Origin: a candidate division WS6 bacterium OLB20
GTDB lineage: Bacteria > Patescibacteriota > Dojkabacteria > B142 > OLB20
Assembly: GCA_001567355.1 (NCBI GenBank)
Contig: JYNZ01000005.1
Span: 67,981 to 131,980 of the forward strand
Direction: 5' to 3'
DNA: 64,000 nucleotides
The notes beneath the pieces were generated by a model that was not told the origin of the DNA, searched no databases, and saw nothing but the letters and a program-made list of their open reading frames with translations. The translations under genes and the position numbers were made by a program. Position 1 is the stretch's first letter. Every line of letters begins with the position of its first letter. Shown piece after piece: positions 58,111 to 64,000 of this stretch.

Positions 58111-58905
58111 TTTTACCCTGCTCATCATTTTTACTGCTACCATTCTGCTGCTGTAGCTGTTTCTTCAGCTGGATCATTTTAAGTTCACGACCGATCAGCG
58201 TCTTATTCATCGACTCCAGATCCTTGTTTACATCTTCAAGCTTGTAGACTGACTCACTCAGACGCTTTTTTAGTCGATGTCAGTTCTTCAAGCTGCGAGC
58301 GCAGCTGTGCGTTTTTTAGCATCGATCTCTGCCAGGTGCTTCCCTATCACAGAACGGCTGGCGTCTGCGGCAGACTGAAACAGCCATATCATTACAAACA
58401 CAAATGACAGTGTCAGAACAAACATGAAGTACTCAAACTCACTGTACAGGAAAGTAAATGATGCAGTTGTCCTGGCCAGCAGAAAGAAAACAAATGTGGT
58501 CAGGACAAAGAACGCATGGAGATAAAACCCGAGATGCCTGCCGACCAGAAACACTGTGATAGGCGGCAGAACATAACACCACAGGAGTCCTGTTTCGTAA
58601 AACCCGCCTGAGATGAAGTTATGCAGACAGATTACAAATAACGGAAGCACGCCGATCGTCGCCGCAGGTTGCATCCGCTTGGTGCTTAAGCCTGTCAGCA
58701 TTGAAAACAGGATAATCGCAGCGAGGAGAAGCTCGAGTGCAGCAATTGGGTAGTCGGCGATCGAAAGGTTGATAAGAGTGTAGGCAATGAATACGACAAA
58801 GCCGATACTACCGAATACGATCAGAAAGCGCACGCGGGTCGTCTCCTCTTCTGTTGATGCCCGGGGCTTAAAGATATCAGTGAAGTTTTTCAGCAGTCGG
58901 TTCAT
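58101..58905 (-). CDS. Membrane sensor-like protein (5-6 TM) with a C-terminal coiled-coil tail homologous to that of 25855..27339, interrupted by two homopolymer (T6/A6) frameshifts
   Basis: The 205-aa ORF (58288..58905) ends at …EIDAKKRTAALAA*. Removing one A at 58304..58309 and one at 58267..58272 gives …EIDAKNAQLRSQLEELTSTKKRLSESVYKLEDVNKDLESMNKTLIGRELKMIQLKKQLQQQNGSSKNDEQGKTTS*. Confidence 0.5.
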
Positions 58906-59002
58906 GGTTACAAGTATAGATCCTTGTACGATTTAGATAAAGCGCTGAAACTTGCAATAATCATGCGGATGACCTATCGTAAGTAATGATTATCCCGTAA
59001 AG

Positions 59003-59482
59003 ATGAATACTGCCAGGTCGGTTTTTTTAGCGTTTAGCGGAAGTGCCGCGGTCTTACTGATGGTTATGATCGCAGCATTCAATGTTCCCCAGACACGGAT
59101 CCCTGTCAATCAGGACATACTGGGTGCGCAGATTCAAAAGCCTCCTCAAGCACTGTTTACGCTTTCAGTCACCGGATATGAAACAGATACGATTACCTAT
59201 TCGGAACTTACCGGGATGAGCGGGACGGATCAGCCGGGGTATGTTCCTCTCACCGGACTGCTCGCTGAATATCTCACCAGCGATGCAATTATTACAGCGA
59301 CATCCGTAACCGGTACTGACTACCTCATCAACCTGAGCAGCACTGATTCACAAGGGTATACCATCATGTTTGACCGCAACAGCGCGTCTATCATTCTGCT
59401 TGAGGATGGGCAGCCTGGTGATATCCCTGTTGTTGCTCAAATAACATCACTCACTGTTGACCTGCTGCCATCCAGTGAGTAA
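59003..59482 (+). CDS. Secreted hypothetical protein
   Basis: Signal peptide, and Thr/Ser-rich with no recognisable domain. Confidence 0.4.
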   Translation: MNTARSVFLAFSGSAAVLLMVMIAAFNVPQTRIPVNQDILGAQIQKPPQALFTLSVTGYETDTITYSELTGMSGTDQPGYVPLTGLLAEYLTSDAIITATSVTGTDYLINLSSTDSQGYTIMFDRNSASIILLEDGQPGDIPVVAQITSLTVDLLPSSE

Positions 59483-59514
59483 GCTGTAACCGTAAACTGT
59501 TACAAGCATAGTAG

Positions 59515-59844
59515 ATGAAGTACATTCTCATCACCATGACCCTCGTGATCGCTCTTACAGCATGCACACCCGCTCCTCAGAACAGCCCGTCAGCAGACAG
59601 ACAGATCAGCCGCTCTGAGCTTGCTCTGCACAACACTGCAGATGACTGCTGGCTTGCAATTGACGGCAGAGTCTATGACGTTACTTCCTACGTCGTGCGA
59701 CATCCTGGCGGCGCCGAACAGATTACCAGAGGTTGCGGGCAGGATGCCACACAGCTGTTTGCAACCCAGGGCGGCCAGGGCAGTCACTCTGCAAATGCGG
59801 TCAGCATCCGGGATTCATTTATTATTGGAGTGCTTGCCGATTAG
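59515..59844 (+). CDS. Cytochrome b5-like heme-binding domain lipoprotein
   Basis: Lipobox LTAC, then the cyt-b5 core HNTADDCWLAIDGRVYDVTSYVVRHPGG with the two His ligand regions. Confidence 0.7.
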   Translation: MKYILITMTLVIALTACTPAPQNSPSADRQISRSELALHNTADDCWLAIDGRVYDVTSYVVRHPGGAEQITRGCGQDATQLFATQGGQGSHSANAVSIRDSFIIGVLAD

Positions 59845-61211
59845 TCCCAGGGCCTCCCGAGGTACTGATCGTGGATAGTCTCATCACCTGTGATCTCTGT
59901 TATTGACGGTGCCGGTTCACGCAGCTCACGGCCAGGATGAATCCGCAGCAGCTCGTAAAGCGGTGTAACCAGACCGGCCAGCCACAAAAGCACAACAGCT
60001 GCAAGTACAGGTTTTGAGGCGTTTTTAAGATACGGAAGAGACATAAGCAGAACGTAGCAGTATACAGGCAGTACTGTTCTGATCAGAATATCATTGGCCC
60101 CGCCCGTTCCTATCCTGAACAGCGGGACGACAGCAAGCAGTAGACACAGAGCAATCAGCACATACCTGTCGGTTTTACTGAGGTGTTTCAGCGCAGTACC
60201 CGCAACAACCAGCAGCAGAAGCAGCTCTGCGGCGATAAAGACTATATACAGGAGCAGTTCGCTTGATACCAGGATAGTTCGATCAACAGTCGCGTGGTGC
60301 AGAAGCATATAGCCAACAGGCAGGATACCTGCTCCAGCCAGCAACAAAAATCTGAGGTCAGCCCCCTGCCGTGCTTTTGCCAGGTATCTTACCGCGACAA
60401 TAATGACAAGACCTGCAGCAGCAAACGGAGACCAGAGCACTACCGCCGGCAGCAGCAGAGCAGTCAGTCGAGGATAGACAGAAAGGATAAACACGCCCAT
60501 TAATGCCGGATAAACATGTTGCGGTACATAAACAAGCAACGTAATGCTTGCGCCGTACTGAAAAAAGCCGGTCCAGACCCCGTCAATCAGATTAGTATAC
60601 GACCACTCGATATGGCGGCGAAGAGGAGGCAGACTGCCGCGCGAAACAAGCCAGACCAGCCAGTCGATGCCCGAATACAGCAGCAGGAAGGCCATCCCCA
60701 GCATACTTTGACCTCCGGTCAGCTTCCGGCGCTGCAGAAGCCAGACAGCACCGGTCATCAGGACAAACCCTGCCATGCTCCACAGGCTCAGCGCAAGTTT
60801 TGCTACCTCGTAAGAGCCTGCAGCTTTGCCTGCCAGCGCGGGTATCAGATAAAAACCGAGATAGTAGTTAAGCGATTTCCCGGACTCGTATACAACCGGC
60901 CAGCTGTTTCTGACCAGATCCGATAGGACTGTATTGTGTTTCTCCCAGTCAAACGGTTCATACCCGATAAATTGCGGGAGTCCGCCAAGCAGGATAAAGA
61001 TCAGCAGAGAGAAAACAACCACCAGGAGTAATTCGCGCCTCGCGGTATTAATCCGTCTGAAGTCAGGGATACGTATGCTGCTGCGGAAGCTGTACGCCAG
61101 ACCTGTCAGAAAGATCAACCCGGCAATCGCTGCCGGAGAGTTGAGATACAGAAGAAATACCGCATACGGCAGCATCAGGTACAGAAAGATCAGAAATGCT
61201 GTCTGCTTCAT
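59841..61211 (-). CDS. Polytopic membrane protein (≥10 TM); possible GT-C / Wzy-like glycosyltransferase or polymerase
   Basis: Hydropathy only. It is translationally coupled to the upstream membrane-protein gene. Confidence 0.4.
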   Translation of the reverse strand: MKQTAFLIFLYLMLPYAVFLLYLNSPAAIAGLIFLTGLAYSFRSSIRIPDFRRINTARRELLLVVVFSLLIFILLGGLPQFIGYEPFDWEKHNTVLSDLVRNSWPVVYESGKSLNYYLGFYLIPALAGKAAGSYEVAKLALSLWSMAGFVLMTGAVWLLQRRKLTGGQSMLGMAFLLLYSGIDWLVWLVSRGSLPPLRRHIEWSYTNLIDGVWTGFFQYGASITLLVYVPQHVYPALMGVFILSVYPRLTALLLPAVVLWSPFAAAGLVIIVAVRYLAKARQGADLRFLLLAGAGILPVGYMLLHHATVDRTILVSSELLLYIVFIAAELLLLLVVAGTALKHLSKTDRYVLIALCLLLAVVPLFRIGTGGANDILIRTVLPVYCYVLLMSLPYLKNASKPVLAAVVLLWLAGLVTPLYELLRIHPGRELREPAPSITEITGDETIHDQYLGRPWD

Positions 61212-62365
61212 CTCGTGTCACTGTAATCATGTAACTGTTTCCATTGCAGACGCGTCTCGTTCCTCACATATTTTGCAGCCTGCGCGAGATACGTTCTTAT
61301 CCTTACACCCCACAGCCACGCTGCAGTCATTGCTGCCAGCAGGATCAGCGGCAGTGTGTATTCACCACCATGAGCTTTTGTTGCACGCATAAAATCAGGT
61401 GCCGTGTTAATAAAAAAGCTCCAGCCGACACCCAGGCCATCCAGTGTAAACAGCCAGGCTGTAATCGCAGTGTAGGCTGCTGAGAGAATTCCGGGATACA
61501 CAGCGATTGCCAGCGCAGGCAGGATCAGATACGTATGCAGTACCGAGGGGCTGGCAAGTACCAGCAGTACCGGGTACCAGATCAGCAGCTCTTCAGTGCT
61601 GCGCTTTCGCAGCAGCCAGCCTGCTCCTGTCATGATCAGAACCATTATTATCAGAGGAGGAACAAACCAGCTGATGACATGCGGCACAAACAGAGCCTGT
61701 GCTCCGGAAGAGTTAGCTGAATACCCGAACACATTGCGGAGAATACCTTCGTACTGCTGCGCAAACGGAATAAAGCCTGCCGCAAATACAGCATAGGAAA
61801 GGAGTGCGCTTCTCAGGGACATTTTTCCGGCAAACACGAGCCACACCGGCAGAAAAATGAACACATGCTTCAGCATGAAGCTGACACCAAGAGCAAGTCC
61901 GAACAAAAGCTCATTCCTGTCCTTGAATTGAAACAGCAGAAGTGTAACTGCTATGACAAGCAGATCAAATTGCATGAAAAAGCCTGCACCAAGTATCGTC
62001 AGGGGGTTGAACCAGAACAGAGCAAATACTCTTAATCCATATCTGCGCCGCAACCACTCCGCTATGACCAGATCTGCTGCATTGAACAGTGTGACCAGCA
62101 TGACCCGGAATACTGCCGGTGAAGAAGCCAGCAGATCCATACCAGCCACTACATATCCCCAGACAGGGCCGTAGTTGTACCTTGTTGTTTCAGTGTACAG
62201 TGATCCTCCACTGTTAATAATTTCTGCGACAATCCGATAGGAATCAAAATCAACGGTCATTCCCTGTGTAGCAGCAAGAAAACGCAGAATTATCCCCTCT
62301 GCTATCAGGATAAGCAGAATTCTTCCCTGCCTTGTTTCAAGGGCTTTTAGTAAAGCTTTTAGCAT
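61208..62365 (-). CDS. Polytopic membrane protein, GT-C-fold glycosyltransferase-like (DUF2029/GT87- or PMT/ArnT-like)
   Basis: The first extracytoplasmic loop carries the acidic motif (…VDFDSYRIVAEI…NYGPVWGY…) typical of GT-C enzymes. There are about 10 TM helices. Confidence 0.35.
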   Translation of the reverse strand: MLKALLKALETRQGRILLILIAEGIILRFLAATQGMTVDFDSYRIVAEIINSGGSLYTETTRYNYGPVWGYVVAGMDLLASSPAVFRVMLVTLFNAADLVIAEWLRRRYGLRVFALFWFNPLTILGAGFFMQFDLLVIAVTLLLFQFKDRNELLFGLALGVSFMLKHVFIFLPVWLVFAGKMSLRSALLSYAVFAAGFIPFAQQYEGILRNVFGYSANSSGAQALFVPHVISWFVPPLIIMVLIMTGAGWLLRKRSTEELLIWYPVLLVLASPSVLHTYLILPALAIAVYPGILSAAYTAITAWLFTLDGLGVGWSFFINTAPDFMRATKAHGGEYTLPLILLAAMTAAWLWGVRIRTYLAQAAKYVRNETRLQWKQLHDYSDTR

Positions 62366-62369
62366 CAGT

Positions 62370-62790
62370 TTAGTGCTTCAAGTAGGACACGGCTATTGCT
62401 GCAAGAGTTTCGGCAGCCGAATTGATCTCCGGGGCACCCACTGTGTTGCCGGGTTCATGGACGACAACGTTTCTAAGCTTATGTGATTCCCAGATACGAT
62501 TGTAATCCTCCCGCGAGAAACGTCCCTTTGCATTCTTAAGTCTCATACCCATCGTGTCGCCTGTACTGATATTTTTGAGCAGCTTATCAAACAGCGCGTC
62601 CATGAGAACAAGCTTAGCAACGGCTTCAGGTCGGGAAGATGATTTTACTCTGCCTGCTGCAACTATCTCAGCCTGAAGCGATGCTTTCCAGCCGGGTTTG
62701 CTCCTTCCGGCAATCACACCCACGGCAAAAAAAAAGCAGCAGTGCTGCACCGATGACCAGAGTTATAAGTACCTCGGGTTGAATGTTCAT
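62370..62790 (-). CDS. Signal-anchored small protein with an Rx4H (HEPN-like, DUF4145-type) motif, interrupted by a 1-nt frameshift in a T9/A9 homopolymer at 62727..62735
   Basis: An ATG at 62790 directly abuts the stop of the upstream gene and encodes MNIQPEVLITLVIGAALLLFF. Removing one T joins it to the 126-aa ORF (…AVGVIAGRSKPGW…WESHKLRNVVVHEPG…). Confidence 0.4.
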
Positions 62791-63684
62791 CTATTGAGTC
62801 TGATAATTCTCGGGGACAGTAGTCAGCTCTGTTGCCTTCTGTGACTGGGATATTGAGTAGGTAACCGTACCGAGTGAGTCCTGAGTTGAAGGATCGATAA
62901 GTTCGATTGACTGCAGTGTTGAATCCGGACTGTATTTGTATACAGCCTGCAGTTCAGAACCGGGAAATCCAAGGTCGATATTGAAGTTTACAAGTGCCTG
63001 TGACTCGCTGTCTGAGTTGTCCCGGAATTCAACATTGCCGCTGAGGTAGAGCCGGAATGTAGCAATCAGCGGATCCTGCAGAACAATGCCCTCTGTTTTA
63101 AGCTCGTCCATTGTCAGTCCTGCGCGTGCTGTTTCTTTATTTCTGTCCACCAGAGTGTATTTCTGATCATCATCTTCGACAATCGCATACAGATCAAGAG
63201 ACGGTGCTTCGATTGCAACCAGCCTGGCATTCTGGAAGTAGTAGACATTTGAGCCATACAGCTGTTTCTGACCGCCGACCGGCTCCATATCGTATTGTCC
63301 CTCACCGGCGACCTCGTATCCGCCTTCAGTCAGTTTATAGATGAACTTTTCGAAGTTGTTCTGCTCTGCAGGGTCTGTGACCGCCAGGGTTACATAGGGC
63401 GGCGGATTATAAAGACCGTCATCAGGATAGGACTGTGGCTGATATACACCAAGCATCCGTTTAACATCCTGAAAGATCTGTGCATTTGGCGTTGTCACGT
63501 AGAAGTAACCGATCAGTACCACGGGTATCAATACCAGCAAAAGCAGGATAAAGTTGAGTGGAATACCCTTTCTGGGCTGTTCTATCTTGTACTCCGGGGG
63601 TTTCGTGTCCCCGAAGGTCGTACCGGCAGGAGCTGGAGGCAGCCCACCAGGCAACTGATTTTGTGGTGTACCCTGTAATGCCAT
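62791..63684 (-). CDS. Membrane-anchored hypothetical protein (Pro-rich cytoplasmic N-terminus, one TM, extracellular domain)
   Basis: Topology only. The architecture is similar to 2942..3541. Confidence 0.5.
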   Translation of the reverse strand: MALQGTPQNQLPGGLPPAPAGTTFGDTKPPEYKIEQPRKGIPLNFILLLLVLIPVVLIGYFYVTTPNAQIFQDVKRMLGVYQPQSYPDDGLYNPPPYVTLAVTDPAEQNNFEKFIYKLTEGGYEVAGEGQYDMEPVGGQKQLYGSNVYYFQNARLVAIEAPSLDLYAIVEDDDQKYTLVDRNKETARAGLTMDELKTEGIVLQDPLIATFRLYLSGNVEFRDNSDSESQALVNFNIDLGFPGSELQAVYKYSPDSTLQSIELIDPSTQDSLGTVTYSISQSQKATELTTVPENYQTQ

Positions 63685-63780
63685 ACTAAACTATACAGGC
63701 AGCGATTACGGGCTGCAACAATTAGTATCCGGCAATTATTAGTGGTAATGCCCGAATGTCCGCAAAACTGCAGAATCCGT

Positions 63781-64000
63781 CTACCTTACTGACGTGCTGT
63801 CTTCTGGCAGTCTCAAGACCGGATGACCGGTCTGCAGCCAGATAATAATATTCGGGATCAGCAGCATTGCTGCAAACACAACAAACGTAAGCAGACCGAA
63901 CGCAGAGTACAAGCCCCCCGCAAGAATCGGCGTTACACCCTGTCCAAGCGCAAGGAGGGACTCGTCAATGCCGGTGATTACACCCTGCTTCGTTGGAGCA
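63781..64000 (-). CDS. C-terminal part of a polytopic membrane protein (transporter-like) that continues beyond the window
   Basis: Open minus-strand frame to the window edge. The hydrophobic translation ends …WLQTGHPVLRLPEDSTSVR*. Confidence 0.3.
   Translation of the reverse strand, partial: APTKQGVITGIDESLLALGQGVTPILAGGLYSAFGLLTFVVFAAMLLIPNIIIWLQTGHPVLRLPEDSTSVR

Overview
This 64 kb window is dense bacterial chromosomal sequence with mixed GC (roughly 50%). It contains about 65 protein genes on both strands and one tRNA (tRNA-His, anticodon GTG, with G-1 and CCA encoded in the gene). I see no rRNA, CRISPR array, transposase or integrase.

Housekeeping genes I am confident of:
- leuS, typA/bipA and gnd
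- a tdh-kbl threonine-degradation pair
- a DEAD-box helicase, a CspA-family cold-shock protein, trhO and an ABC-F ATPase

The rest is dominated by envelope and extracytoplasmic functions:
- a 2796-aa surface protein built from DUF11 repeats with a C-terminal LAATG sorting signal, next to a sortase
- a roughly 1270-aa Gly-rich triple-repeat secreted protein
- fasciclin, cupredoxin and cytochrome b5 proteins
- two separate thioredoxin plus CcdA/DsbD membrane reductant-transfer modules, one led by a DUF134 regulator
- an MBOAT plus SGNH O-acyltransferase pair
- two bPH_2 membrane proteins and two GT-C-like membrane proteins

Most noteworthy observations:
- A secreted, membrane-tethered protein (43408..44097) whose mature N-terminus (Cys-Ser-Cys-x-Pro) and four cysteines match the eukaryotic TIMP / NTR metalloproteinase-inhibitor fold.
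- Two otherwise unrelated membrane sensors that share a C-terminal coiled-coil tail (…IGRELKM..LK.QL…) and have no recognisable output domain.
- A conserved dyad operator-like motif flanking the PP2C gene, next to an XRE regulator.
- A MerR-type promoter with a 19-bp spacer and a perfect palindrome in front of a TipA-like regulator.
- Tandem intrinsic terminators with Arg-rich mini-ORFs upstream of a BtpA operon.

Caveat: at least four genes are interrupted by a 1-nt shift in a homopolymer of six or more bases. In every case removing one base restores a plausible full-length protein, so I read these as homopolymer over-calls by the assembler rather than pseudogenes. The genes affected are the Gly-rich protein, ccdA, the second sensor (twice) and a HEPN-like gene.

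Start codons generally lack Shine-Dalgarno sequences, and several have a -10-like box 6-7 nt upstream of the ATG. The lineage is uncertain. The sortase / LAxTG usage suggests a monoderm-type envelope, possibly Chloroflexota-like, but this is a low-confidence guess.
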